Shown here: piece by piece, positions 9,580 through 21,534 of the stretch | Layout: every line of letters begins with the position of its first letter | Numbering within the stretch: position 1 is the first letter of the stretch | Source: Octopus bimaculoides | Taxonomy: Eukaryota | Reading direction: 5' to 3' | Assembly: GCF_001194135.2 (NCBI RefSeq) | Contig: NC_068982.1 | Location: forward strand, 6,189,746 to 6,223,733 | DNA: 33,988 bases | Notes under the pieces: model-generated | Told to the model about the DNA's origin: nothing | What the model saw: the letters and a program-made list of their open reading frames with translations, nothing else | The model's database searches: none | Position numbers and translations under genes: made by a program

Positions 9580-10219
9580 TCTTTTAGTTTTTACTTGTTC
9601 CAGTCATTAGACTGCGGCCATGCTGGGACACTGCCTTTAAAAATTTGTAGTCGAAAGAATCGAGAACTCAATATTCATTTTTTAAAGCTTGGTATTTATT
9701 CTATCGGTCTCATGTGCTATACCGGACAGATACACAAGCGAGTGCACACACACACACACAAACTCTCACAAGCACACACATATTATACATACATACGACG
9801 GTCTTTTTTCAGTTTCCTTGTATCAAATTCGCTCACAAAGCTTTGATCAGCTGGTAGTTGTAGTAGGAGGAGCACTCCGTCGGTTACGACGACGAGGGTC
9901 CCAGCTGATCCGATCAACGGAACGTGCAAGTGACTGAGCAATCCACAGACACGTGTACCCCTAACGTAATTCTCAGGGAGATTCAGCGTGACACATAGCG
10001 TGACCCATTTTTGCCAGCTGAGTGGACTGAAGCAACGTGAAATAGTCTTGCTCAAGGACATAATGCGTCGCCGGGAATTGAACTCACGACCTTACGATCG
10101 TGAGCCGAATGCCCTAACCATTAAGCCACGCGCCTTCGGTAGCTATAGTAGAAGGAACTGAATCTGGAACCTAGACCCATGCGCTTGAGAAGCAAACTCC
10201 TTACCACAGCCACGCCTAT
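9580..10219 (-). mobile_element. Diverged family D SINE interrupted by a family B SINE
   Basis: 3' part at 9580-9852 and 5' part at 10138-10219 are collinear with the family D copies once 9869-10137 is removed. Confidence 0.75.
9869..10137 (-). mobile_element. CORE-SINE family B (tRNA head, CORE domain, family C-type 3' tail) with an imperfect 16-bp TSD
   Basis: Head gaaggcgcgtggcttaatggttagggc..gagttcaattccc; CORE-like tgtccttgagcaagactatttcacgttgcttcagtccactcagctggcaaaaatggg. TSD ggtagttgtagtagga (9853-9868) versus ggtagctatagtagaa (10138-10153), 13/16 identical. Confidence 0.85.
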
Positions 10220-10493
10220 ATGATTTTCCTTTTGGAAGGCATCTGAATTTTATTGGTTACTTACTGACAACTGATATAGAAAACACTTTTTGTAGTTGAC
10301 AGCAGAGAAAGTTTGAGCGATGAGAAAAGTTATTTGAGAAAAATAACAGCAAGAACAACAGCAGAGATGCGCAAAGCTACGTCAGCTGCATCCTACATTG
10401 ACAAAGAAGGGAGGAACCATGTGTCTTCAGAGTTTACCGCTCAACTTTGGCTTGTTTGCATCTTGACGGAGGGTGGTAATAATCAACAGGTGA

Positions 10494-10707
10494 AAGACAG
10501 AGAGTTGGCAGAAACGTTAGCACGCCGGGCGAAATGCTTAGTGGTATTTCGTCTGTCTTTGTTCTGAGTTCAAATTCTGCCGAGGCCGACTTTGCCTTTC
10601 ATCCTTTCGTGGTCGATAAATTAAGTACCTGTTGCGAACCGGTGTCGATCTAATCAACTGGTCCCCTCCCCTAAAAATTTCGGGCCTTGTGCCTAGAGAA
10701 GAAAACA
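10494..10707 (+). mobile_element. SINE family A, full length
   Basis: Collinear with 5423-5640. Confidence 0.9.
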
Positions 10708-12433
10708 ATAATTAACAGGTGATGAAAAAGAAAAGAATAGAATGAAGTATCGAGAGTCTATCAATCAATAAAACCCAGAAGGTGGACGAACAAAAGCAAC
10801 GGCAGCCAACATATACAGAAGTTTGATAAGATTGCGTGAAATGAAAATAGGTCTGTTAAAACTGACAAGAATAACAAAGCAATGGTAGAAATGGAGGCAC
10901 TCGAGAGTTTCCTCAAACATTTAACATTAATCAGTTTGTAATGCTTGCTATGTTTATCGCTTACTCAAAACGAAGTGAATTCTTCTTCACAACATAGCAG
11001 CATGGAAGGCAGTGTACTTTGAATACATCTAAAATTATGCTTTGTGCTATTTAATTACGCCACGTTAGATTTTGAGTTCAGATTCACCCAGGATTAATTT
11101 TGGCTTTAATTTGTCCGCGGTCAAAGAAAAAAAAAGAAAAGAAGTTACAGTAAAATACTGAAGAACATTAACTGTTTCACCGATGCCAACGGCTATTTAT
11201 CGGAGAAGTGAAATATCGATGGTCTTGTTATTCGGCCGATATTAAAATTTTGTCACTCAACTCAGAGCAACTCTTCCCTAATCAAACCTTTGCTACACTT
11301 CTTTATCAAACCCATTGCAAGTCCTTGTTTGTCAGCTAGCTGGAGACCAGTGACTGAAAGGATCAATACAGTATCTACAATGATGTTTTGTGCTATTTCA
11401 TTACGCCACTTTAAATTTTAAATTTGGATCCCTCCGTTTAAAAGAAAAACAGTTAGAGTCAAATACGGAAGATCATTGACAGGATTATCACCCTCTCTGA
11501 AAATTCATTCTTTTATACATTAGGAACCTTTGCTCAAGTCTATATAGTTTGTAGTTAAATCATTTTTATATTCTAAGTCGAAAACCCGCTGCATTCTATT
11601 TTTACCTTACATCAAATCTAGAGTGATGAAGTTAGTACCAGTCATTGACTGGTGCTTGTGTTTCTCGGCTAAACCATAATTCAGTAAATTTTGGTATTGG
11701 CATATACTAAATTTTGAGTTCTAATCTTGCCGTGACTGACGTTCTTTATCATTTTCCGAGGCCAGCATATTAAATAACACTAAAACACTTATTTAATCCA
11801 ATATACGTTACTACTTCTCTGAGAATATTGATCATATTCCCGGTGAAATTTAATCATTTTTTTTTTTATGGCAGCAAATGCATTACTGAGCAATATTACA
11901 CGCATTTTAAAGAACGCGATAATATCAGATTAGAAGTTGGGAAAAAGTTTTTCCTTTTAAAAATCATTTCGCGAAATAGTCTCATTAATGATGTAGAACA
12001 CGGAGTAACGGCATTACAGATTACAAATTGTTGATAGTGACGCTAGGTAATTTTAATGTTTATGACCAGCAAGTCATGCGTTGTATTTTGATATGCTATT
12101 TCAAAATGAATATAAATATATATATAAAAAAAAAAACACAACACGATCGTTCTTGAATCTTTCCAATCATTTTACGATTCAAAAATGCTTCTAAACATGC
12201 AATTTCCGAAAAACGAAACGCTGAGTCATATTTCCTTGTGTGAGCAAGTGTATAATTACACGCAAATATTTGGAATTTATTTCAGGTTTAATATTTAATG
12301 TAAATTTGGTATTATTACTGAATTGATTAATACTAATGTTAAAATGACAACAAAGTCAATCAACTTTGCCTTATATCCTTATGGAACCGATAAAATACCA
12401 GTCGAGTATCAAGTCAATACCTTAATTGAATCA

Positions 12434-12492
<59 letters not shown>

Positions 12493-12508
12493 CATTATTA
12501 TTATCATT

Positions 12509-12565
<57 letters not shown>

Positions 12566-12595
12566 TTCATCATCATTATTATTATTATTATTATT
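12434..12595. repeat. Compound (ATT)n/(ATC)n microsatellite
   Basis: Read directly; source of the poly-I/M/S/D/N ORFs in the track. Confidence 0.95.
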
Positions 12596-13143
12596 GAGTG
12601 AGAGAACAATGCATGCCATCAAAGTGACACTGGGAAAAAATATACGAAGCCTAATATATCCAACGTGACTACCCGTCTGATAAGGGTACACCAGGCGCAT
12701 GCGCATGCATCACAACCATATGCGCGCGACATGGTGATCTCATATCAAGATAAACAGCACATGACCTTGCTGATGGGGTCCGGTTAGAATTTCCTTCATG
12801 CCAAGGAGCCTATTCCGCTCAGAAGGTGCCTGAATAAGGTTTGTTTAAGGATGTTGAGCAAAACATCCATGTTTCCAAAGGTGAATTATTCAAACCCCAA
12901 AGAATTCCTCTCAACACATGGCTATGATGCTGCCCTACTACTTCTGCTCGTGATCAGAGATGCAGATATCGTCAGCCACCAAGGGACATGCTCAACTGGT
13001 TAAGGTCAAACAACTGACAAACAAACCTGTGGTACTGAGAAAAACATTTGCTGTAGCCCAAGACAAAACAATGTACATGATGATACTTCCAACAGTAAAG
13101 ATGAGAAGCCATGAGAGCCAGTGCCTGGTACTGCATCAGGGCC
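12596..13143 (-). mobile_element. Interspersed element (family E) with (AAT)n on both sides, probably a non-LTR retrotransposon 3' end
   Basis: About 550 bp of higher-complexity sequence with sharp boundaries against AAT tracts on each side; no recognisable protein. Confidence 0.5.
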
Positions 13144-13344
13144 TTTATTATTATTATTATTGTTGTTGTTGTTATCTTTTTCAATTCTGTTTCCATTTCT
13201 TGCCGAGTGCCTTCCTGACGCCTTGGGCAGACAACACATTGTACACATTGGTAGGCCATTAAAATGAACACACCAGATTGTTCATTTACAAAGTCATGTG
13301 ATAGAGAAAAAGGGACAGAAAGACAGAGAGACAAAGTTTCATTA

Positions 13345-13535
13345 TTCTTCGGTGTTTTTGTAGGATCTCCCATAATTTCATTGAATAACTGGACTAACCT
13401 TTCATGTCGCACGGGAGCGATGCGAGCTAGAAATTTGGCACCCTACCATTATCAGGGGCTTTCCACTTATGAACCTTCGTGAGTGTTATCCTTAGGTCTG
13501 CTACTCTGATCTCTGGCCATGCTTATTCTGGTGAG
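13345..13535 (-). mobile_element. RLE-clade (R4/Dong-like) LINE reverse transcriptase N-terminal fragment, decayed
   Basis: Minus-strand translation PE*AWPEIRVADLRITLTKVHKWKAPDNGRVPNF*L, then after a frameshift HERLVQLFNEIMGDPTKTPKNNET; resembles the K(A/S)PG.D..PNFW..FN.I pre-RT motif. Confidence 0.65.
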
Positions 13536-13977
13536 TTTTGGTAGGATCATAATCATAAACATTTATACATACCATACGAACCCAACGTATCCACGGTGCA
13601 CATAAAAATGTTCACGCTTATAGAGCCATCTGGCGTCTACTTCTAGCATGTGGCATTACTCAGTAGTTGCGCTTATAACTTTATAATTATATTTCTAAAA
13701 TTAAATACTTTGTATTAATTTTTGCCTAAATGATTTTTTACATGCTAGCTTCTTGATAAAATCCTATACAGATTTTATCCATGATTATAATGATAAATAT
13801 GAATTCACTTGAACCAAATTTATTTGCTGCTGAATTTTTTTGACTATTCACACGTGGCTGAGATGAACGAACTAGATTTAACTTGTATATAAATAGTTTT
13901 TTAAATGCTAGCTACTTGATAAAATCCTATATAGATTTTATCCTTAATTATAATGATATATATATATATATATATAT

Positions 13978-14012
<35 letters not shown>

Positions 14013-14299
14013 TCACGCACATGTACACTCACTCATTTTACTACACCCCTACTTCCTTCGCTTATTCTGGTCACTTGAACGAGTTCATTAATGTATCGCC
14101 ATGAATATAAGCTTTGTAATAGTTTCCACTATTCACTCTCCTAGCCGTACTCTGTTTGCTAGACTCTCTTTGCACTATATTCTATTTTGTGAGAAATTCT
14201 AAGTTAAATTTTCTTTTTATTCACCTGAACAAAACTGTTCTTTTGCAAGATATAGCATTTTTGTTCGTCAATAATTAACACGTCTGAAACAGCAGTGGT

Positions 14300-14520
14300 G
14301 AACCTGTTATTTTTGTCAAACGAAGGTGGAGGGACAAGCCCACACACATAAATAAATGAGCATCTTTCGGTTTCCGTCTGTCAAATCTATTCACGAGGCT
14401 TTTGTTCGCCCGAGGCTATACCAAGAAGACACTTGCCCAAGGTACCATGCAGTGGGACTGAACCCGGAACCATGTAGTTGGGAAGCAAGTTTCCTACCAC
14501 ACACCTACGCATGCACCTAT
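14300..14520 (-). mobile_element. SINE family D variant, 5' part
   Basis: gaagacacttgcccaaggtaccatgcagtgggactgaacccggaaccatgtagttgggaagcaag matches the family D head and CORE (reverse complement). Confidence 0.85.
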
Positions 14521-15153
14521 ACACNNNNNNNNNNNNNNNNNNNNNNNNNNNNNNNNNNNNNNNNNNNNNNNNNNNNNNNNNNNNNNNNNNNNNNNNNNNN
14601 NNNNNNNNNNNNNNNNNNNNNNNNNNNNNNNNNNNNNNNNNNNNNNNNNNNNNNNNNNNNNNNNNNNNNNNNNNNNNNNNNNNNNNNNNNNNNNNNNNNN
14701 NNNNNNNNNNNNNNNNNNNNNNNNNNNNNNNNNNNNNNNNNNNNNNNNNNNNNNNNNNNNNNNNNNNNNNNNNNNNNNNNNNNNNNNNNNNNNNNNNNNN
14801 NNNNNNNNNNNNNNNNNNNNNNNNNNNNNNNNNNNNNNNNNNNNNNNNNNNNNNNNNNNNNNNNNNNNNNNNNNNNNNNNNNNNNNNNNNNNNNNNNNNN
14901 NNNNNNNNNNNNNNNNNNNNNNNNNNNNNNNNNNNNNNNNNNNNNNNNNNNNNNNNNNNNNNNNNNNNNNNNNNNNNNNNNNNNNNNNNNNNNNNNNNNN
15001 NNNNNNNNNNNNNNNNNNNNNNNNNNNNNNNNNNNNNNNNNNNNNNNNNNNNNNNNNNNNNNNNNNNNNNNNNNNNNNNNNNNNNNNNNNNNNNTATATA
15101 TGTATATATGTATATATATATACATACATATACATACATACATTAATACATAT

Positions 15154-15198
<45 letters not shown>

Positions 15199-15809
15199 CA
15201 TATATATACATATACACATGCATGCATATATACATATACTTATATACACATACACGTATATTGATCGAAAGAAGAGGAATAATGGTACCGACTTCTGCAA
15301 GAACACAGAGAAATTCTTATTCTTATGCAAATTTTCCTCAAAAACGATTATGGGATAGGAAATCTTGTAACTTACTAATGATAACTTCAGTGTAAATACA
15401 ATAAGTGTAATAAATTTGTGTAAATACAATAAGATCCAAGATAATTAGTCTTGTAACTACATATGTTAATTCCAACATACTTTGGTAAATAGCGTTAAAT
15501 ATCAAAAAGATACAAATAATGAAATATAATTTGCCGGAATATTTCTTTGGTCGTGTATTTAAACATTAATTTATAAACAATACTGAGAATAACATATTTT
15601 TAAACATCACAATTAATCATAGAAAAAATCATACACAGAAAGAAGAAAGATAATGTACATACATAAATACGCACATATATACATACATACAGACGTACAT
15701 TTATACGCATAAATACACATTCACACACATGTATTTGTATGCATGTACATGCGTATAAGTGTCTGCCTGTATATATGTGTATGTTTATATATATATATAT
15801 ATATATATA

Positions 15810-16020
15810 TGGGAGAATATACAAAAAATAACAACAGACGAGGACAGGTGGTGTAAATAACAAAAGTATATATTAGTATGACGCTCGGGAATACGGAAAG
15901 TCTTTGACGTTTCGAGCTACGCTCTTCAACAGAAAGAATACGGAGACAAGGAGAAAAACACGGAGAAAAAAAATTGGAGAAAAAAAATTGAATAGTGTTC
16001 AGTCAACGGTCAATCATAAT
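15810..16020 (-). mobile_element. Family H short element with a hammerhead-like fold (15901-15937) next to (TA)n
   Basis: Homologous to 19660-19866; minus strand reads UCUUU-CUGUUGA-A-GAGC-GUA-GCUC-GAAACGUC-AAAGA. Confidence 0.65.
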
Positions 16021-17012
16021 AATGCTATAATCTCTACATAATTAAATCAATGGCTTACTAGACCAGTTGACTTGCTTCTTGTGCTTGTTTCTCCATTCTC
16101 CACATAACTATATATATANNNNNNNNNNNNNNNNNNNNNNNNNNNNNNNNNNNNNNNNNNNNNNNNNNNNNNNNNNNNNNNNNNNNNNNNNNNNNNNNNN
16201 NNNNNNNNNNNNNNNNNNNNNNNNNNNNNNNNNNNNNNNNNNNNNNNNNNNNNNNNNNNNNNNNNNNNNNNNNNNNNNNNNNNNNNNNNNNNNNNNNNNN
16301 NNNNNNNNNNNNNNNNNNNNNNNNNNNNNNNNNNNNNNNNNNNNNNNNNNNNNNNNNNNNNNNNNNNNNNNNNNNNNNNNNNNNNNNNNNNNNNNNNNNN
16401 NNNNNNNNNNNNNNNNNNNNNNNNNNNNNNNNNNNNNNNNNNNNNNNNNNNNNNNNNNNNNNNNNNNNNNNNNNNNNNNNNNNNNNNNNNNNNNNNNNNN
16501 NNNNNNNNNNNNNNNNNNNNNNNNNNNNNNNNNNNNNNNNNNNNNNNNNNNNNNNNNNNNNNNNNNNNNNNNNNNNNNNNNNNNNNNNNNNNNNNNNNNN
16601 NNNNNNNNNNNNNNNNNNNNNNNNNNNNNNNNNNNNNNNNTATATATATATATATATATATATTAAGGACCAAAATATTCATTAATATTAATAAGTATAA
16701 AAACGATATAGAAAAACTTGACAGAAAAGCTAGAAAATTGATGACAATGTATGGAAAACTGATATCACCCAGTTGTACTTGAGGAGAGACCAGAATCGAA
16801 GAGGCTTAATACACAACCTTGTCCAGAATTGTACCCCATGGTCATTCATTGACCGACAGGGGTCATTACTCATAGGTGTTGTTATTCAAATCCCTTCATT
16901 CTTGAATTGCGTCTTATAAATAGATCAAAATAGATGCACATAATACAAATTTACAGACAAGTACAATAATTACAACTTTCACACAAACAAATATATATAC
17001 GGGTATACACAC

Positions 17013-17307
17013 GTGAAGGCGTGAGGCCTAGTGATTTGGGCGTTGCACTCACGATCGCTTGATCCATTCCTAGGGACAATGACGGTTGTGATTTTGAGCA
17101 AAATACTTCATTTCATGTTGCCTCAGTCCACTCAGCTGTAAATGGGTCACCCAACAAAATATTAGCCTTCTAATGAGGTGAGAATGTTGGCCTACTCACC
17201 TAGCCAGCGAGGTGGCATCATTCAAAAGCTAAAACGATGGAAAGTGCATTGTGACCAGCGACGTATATCAGCATTTAATGATCTGGTCTATCATATGATC
17301 ACGTGAT
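17013..17307 (+). mobile_element. CORE-SINE with a family B-type head and a different 3' tail
   Basis: gaaggcgtgaggcctagtg..cactcacgatcg head; CORE-like ttgtgattttgagcaaaatacttcatttcatgttgcctcagtccactcagctgtaaatggg; tail unrelated to family C. Confidence 0.7.
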
Positions 17308-17430
17308 TCTCAAAAAATGTTAGCATCATCCTTAGAACAGTTTTCATAATATTAAAAAAAATGATTTGTTTTAAAAATCCTCACAGACATTCAAATATAT
17401 ATATATATTTATATACGTGTGTGTGTATGC

Positions 17431-17476
<46 letters not shown>

Positions 17477-17669
17477 NNNNNNNNNNNNNNNNNNNNNNNN
17501 NNNNNNNNNNNNNNNNNNNNNNNNNNNNNNNNNNNNNNNNNNNNNNNNNNNNNNNNNNNNNNNNNNNNNNNNNNNNNNNNNNNNNNNNNNNNNNNNNNNN
17601 NTGTTTTGCATTTTAATAAAATAAATATTTATAAATTATAAAAATAGTAAAAAAAATAATACCGTACAG

Positions 17670-17749
17670 TACTGTTTCTACTTCGCGGATTTTCACCTAT
17701 CGCGGGGGGCGTTTGGAACGTAACACCCGCGATAGTTGAGAGATTACTG
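17670..17749 (-). mobile_element. Tc1/mariner-superfamily (pogo/Tigger-like) transposon or MITE terminus
   Basis: Minus strand reads TA|CAGTAATCTCTCAACTATCGCGGG with an internal hairpin ctatcgcggg/cccgcgatag; the TA then CAGT end is typical of Tigger-like elements. The partner end is not seen. Confidence 0.5.
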
Positions 17750-17797
17750 TACATACACACACACACAAACACCTTTTCATACACTATATATAAAACT

Positions 17798-18180
17798 GTG
17801 GAGCCGCAATGCCCCAGTGGTTAAGGCAGCGGACTCGCGGTCGTAGGATCGCGCTTTCGATTCCCAGACCTGGCGTTGCGAGTGTTTATTGAGCGAAAAC
17901 ACGTAAAGCTCCACGAGGCTCTAGCAGGGGTTGGTGGCGAACCCTGCGGTACTCTTTCACCACAACTTTCTCTCACACTTTCTTCCTGTTTCTGTTGTGC
18001 CTGTATTTCAAAGGGCTAGCCTTGTCACTCTCTGTGTCACGCTGAATCTCCCCACCAAGAACTACGTCAAGGGTACACGTGTCTTTGGAGTGCTCAGCCA
18101 CTTGCACGTTAATTTCACGAGCAGGCTGTTCCGTTGATCGGATCAACTGGAACCCTTGTCGTCGTAACCGACGAAGTGTC
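17798..18180 (+). mobile_element. tRNA-derived SINE family C, full length
   Basis: A box (aatgccccagtggtt), B box (tttcgattcc), body, and a 3' double stem-loop gttccgttgatcggatcaactggaac / cgtcgtaaccgacg. Confidence 0.92.
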
Positions 18181-19129
18181 ACGATATAAAAATATTTATA
18201 AACTGATTTATGAGTGATATAAATAGATAATTAAGAGTTATAAATCAACCAGATAAGTGGAATTGCTCACGGTAGGAAGAATAGTAGACAAAAACGTTGA
18301 AAATACAGTTTTGATAAGTCAATAAATATTGTACAATTTTATTAGAACGATTACAGGAAAGCTATGATTATTAATGAAGATATAGTGATAAATTTAGAGT
18401 GATGTGTGCAACTAAGAGGCAAATTTTATAATATGACCGTAAGGTGTTATACTGTAAACTGATATGTATGTATCTGTGTGTTTTGTATATCTATATATTC
18501 ATATATATATGTGTGTGTGTGTGTGTGCGGGTGTGTGCATATGTATAAATGCTTGTACGTATGTACACACATACACACACACACATTCACGCACACATAC
18601 GAGCAAACACATATATCAGAAAGCAAGATAAGAATTCATAAAGATGACAGCAGAATGACTGGCATTTGGGGTAATATTGAGGGACATAGAAAGGCTATTG
18701 TTATAATTTTAGGTGAAATATTAAGTTAGGAATTAAAGGAACTACAAGAAAAGGAGGAGAAAAATAAGACATTTCGTTATAAACTCCTTCAACACATATT
18801 TGAAAGAGATAGGGAGCAAGGAAACACTACAGAGTTATATATAATCGACTGAGACGAAGTTTGACAAGTTGAGGGCTAAAATATGAATCTTAGAAGATAC
18901 GATTTGATGAAGTTCTTTAAGAAAGTGAACTTGGGAAGGAAACCATTACAAGAATGTTACAAGAACAGAGAAATTATAAAAGAGGACGTGGTAATGGTTA
19001 AAATGTAGATAGTAGTTAAATGGGAGAAATTATAACAATTAAATTAGAAATATAATTTAGATTCAATATTAAAAGTTGAGTTATTTGACTAAAAGTTTAA
19101 CAGAACATAAAAAATACGAGGTGCACTGT

Positions 19130-19619
19130 GTAGATTGCAAGTTCAGGTTTATACCTGTAATTATTGGGGCCCTGGGATATGTGACAAACTGTCTAAATGC
19201 CAATCTTGAGAAATCAGGCTTCTCAAAACCAGAAAGGAAAAGGTTACTTCGAGAATTGCAGATCCGGTCTATCACTGGAGCTGTAGAGGTCTGTAAAGCT
19301 TTCCAGAGGTTTGTCATTTAAATATTGATGTGCAACTATGTGCATTAGAATACATACATGAAGCAAAGCATACACGTCTGCGTATATACATACGTATATA
19401 CACACACACACATACATACATACGTACATACATACATACATACATACATACATACATACATACATACATGCATACATACATACATACATACATACATACA
19501 TAATACAAAAATACACTGTTGTTGACGTTGAAATTCCAATGAAGGAGCTTCGGATCTAGGTTAGAAACCGGTCCTTTCTCCATTGGCAAGAGATCTTGAA
19601 ATAAAATTGAATAATGACA
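19130..19619 (+). mobile_element. RLE-type non-LTR retrotransposon 3' end: endonuclease C-terminus (stop at 19319-19321) and 3' UTR with internal (TACA)n
   Basis: DCKFRFIPVIIGALGYVTNCLNANLEKSGFSKPERKRLLRELQIRSITGAVEVCKAFQRFVI* matches the P(I/V)(I/V)IGALG..LQ...L.G C-terminal signature of RLE-encoding LINEs. Confidence 0.75.
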
Positions 19620-19659
19620 CACACACACACACACACAGACATATATATATATATATATC

Positions 19660-19865
19660 ATTCGCATAGATTGATCGCTAGTCACTAAACCTTTTTTATT
19701 TTCTCTCTCTGTTTATTTCTGTGTTCCTTTCCGTCGAAGAGCGTAGGCTCGAAACGTAAAAGACTTTCTCACTTCACGAGTGGTAAACTAATACAAGTGC
19801 TTGTTGTTTACACACACGTCTTTGTCTTTTGTTTTGTTTGTTTGTTTGTTTTTGTAAATTCCAAC

Positions 19866-19866
<1 letters not shown>
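19660..19866 (+). mobile_element. Family H short element, second copy, hammerhead-like fold at 19726-19763, between microsatellites
   Basis: CUUU-CCGUCGA-A-GAGC-GUAG-GCUC-GAAACGUA-AAAG; flanked by (TA)n and (CA)n(TA)n. Confidence 0.65.
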
Positions 19867-19956
<90 letters not shown>

Positions 19957-20036
19957 GAATATTCATAAAGATGAGTATCACGTTTCCAATAATGGAGCTA
20001 CATTTAGAAGAAAAATGCAAATTCTCCACTTTTATT

Positions 20037-20222
20037 TTAAACATTCAATTTTGGAGAGAACGTTTTGATGAAGCGTAGTTCCATTGCTCTTCGGTGTTAC
20101 GGGTCTTCCTGTGAACATTTGTAAAAGGGAAATATTTTGAATTTTCCGTCGCTGCATATTTCCAGATGCATGCTGAATGGAATATTAGGTAATTCCTCTT
20201 GGCGGATATGCTGCCTGTGCAT
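20037..20222 (-). mobile_element. Penelope-like GIY-YIG endonuclease C-terminal remnant
   Basis: MHRQHIRQEELPNIPFSMHLEICSDGKFKIFPFYKCSQEDP*HRRAMELRFIKTFSPKLNV*; aligns by eye with the 23063-23373 remnant (HRQQIR..IP.S.HL..IFP.Y..E..FI....P.LN). Confidence 0.75.
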
Positions 20223-21432
20223 TCTTCCACGTTGGCCAAGGAAAAAAAACAAAACAAAACAAAAACAATGCTCTCCTCTTCTAAACAAAACAAAAGAAAA
20301 AAACGTCTGTTTTATATAAATGAACAACCTGTTTGTACATTCACAAAAAGAATTTTATTTGACAAGTTAGAAAATCGAACCAAAGCGCTAAGAATGACTA
20401 AATAAAAAAATTCTGGCGACCTCCTCTTTTCTCATTATATATATGTNNNNNNNNNNNNNNNNNNNNNNNNNNNNNNNNNNNNNNNNNNNNNNNNNNNNNN
20501 NNNNNNNNNNNNNNNNNNNNNNNNNNNNNNNNNNNNNNNNNNNNNNNNNNNNNNNNNNNNNNNNNNNNNNNNNNNNNNNNNNNNNNNNNNNNNNNNNNNN
20601 NNNNNNNNNNNNNNNNNNNNNNNNNNNNNNNNNNNNNNNNNNNNNNNNNNNNNNNNNNNNNNNNNNNNNNNNNNNNNNNNNNNNNNNNNNNNNNNNNNNN
20701 NNNNNNNNNNNNNNNNNNNNNNNNNNNNNNNNNNNNNNNNNNNNNNNNNNNNNNNNNNNNNNNNNNNNNNNNNNNNNNNNNNNNNNNNNNNNNNNNNNNN
20801 NNNNNNNNNNNNNNNNNNNNNNNNNNNNNNNNNNNNNNNNNNNNNNNNNNNNNNNNNNNNNNNNNNNNNNNNNNNNNNNNNNNNNNNNNNNNNNNNNNNN
20901 NNNNNNNNNNNNNNNNNNNNNNNNNNTATATGTTGAATCTGCACTCAACTCACCCACTCAGCATGCTCATGTCTCGTGGCTCAGCTTTCGGCAATACTGG
21001 ATGTTACGATACAGCTTCCTGGTATCTTCCACCCGATGTAAGTCTATGCGTGCTAGTCCTGGGGTCGTGCACTGTAAATAATCTTAAAAAGTCACCCCCA
21101 AAAGATGCAGTGCAGTTCTCTTGTTATTTATATATGTCCCATAATAGTACACATAATTGTTACTATTATGAATCGTTAATATTCAAGAGCTGTCCAGTAG
21201 ATTTCAGACGACTTATAGCAATATGGTTGTCTCACGCAGGATTCGTGCTTCAGTTTGATTAGCTTTCTATCCTGGCTTACAGATAAACATCTCAGTGATT
21301 GAAATACTGTCAGTGGAAAGAGTATGATTGATAGGAAACCCAAAGTGATGGGGAATGACTTTAAATCATAATAGATATTTATAGTCTAACCTTCAGTACT
21401 GAAAATATTTCATCAGATTCTTAAATATGAAT

Positions 21433-21495
<63 letters not shown>

Positions 21496-21498
21496 GAA

Positions 21499-21531
21499 GG
21501 AGCACTCCGTCGGTTGCGACGACGAGGGTCC
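21499..21531 (-). mobile_element. Isolated 3' terminus of the family B/C tail (severely 5'-truncated insertion)
   Basis: ggagcactccgtcggttgcgacgacgagggtcc is nearly identical to 9869-9901. Confidence 0.8.
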
Positions 21532-21534
21532 TCG

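Noticed and set aside
10780-10870. Minus-strand peptide FCICWLPLLL resembling GPCR TM6
   Set aside because: A stop follows within ~10 codons, with no good donor site and no TM7 or other GPCR motifs; probably chance.
13364-13478. Apparent plus-strand exon (tttttgtag|..|gtgagt)
   Set aside because: The opposite strand is better explained as an RLE-LINE reverse transcriptase fragment.
19535-19575. Hammerhead-like CCAAUGAAGG..AGAAACCGGUC in the RLE LINE 3' UTR
   Set aside because: The core deviates at two positions, spacing is wrong and no stem I forms.
20962-21043. GC-richer segment with ag|..|gtaagt splice-like signals
   Set aside because: All three frames are open but none gives a recognisable protein, and the context is cut by a gap; RNA-seq is needed.
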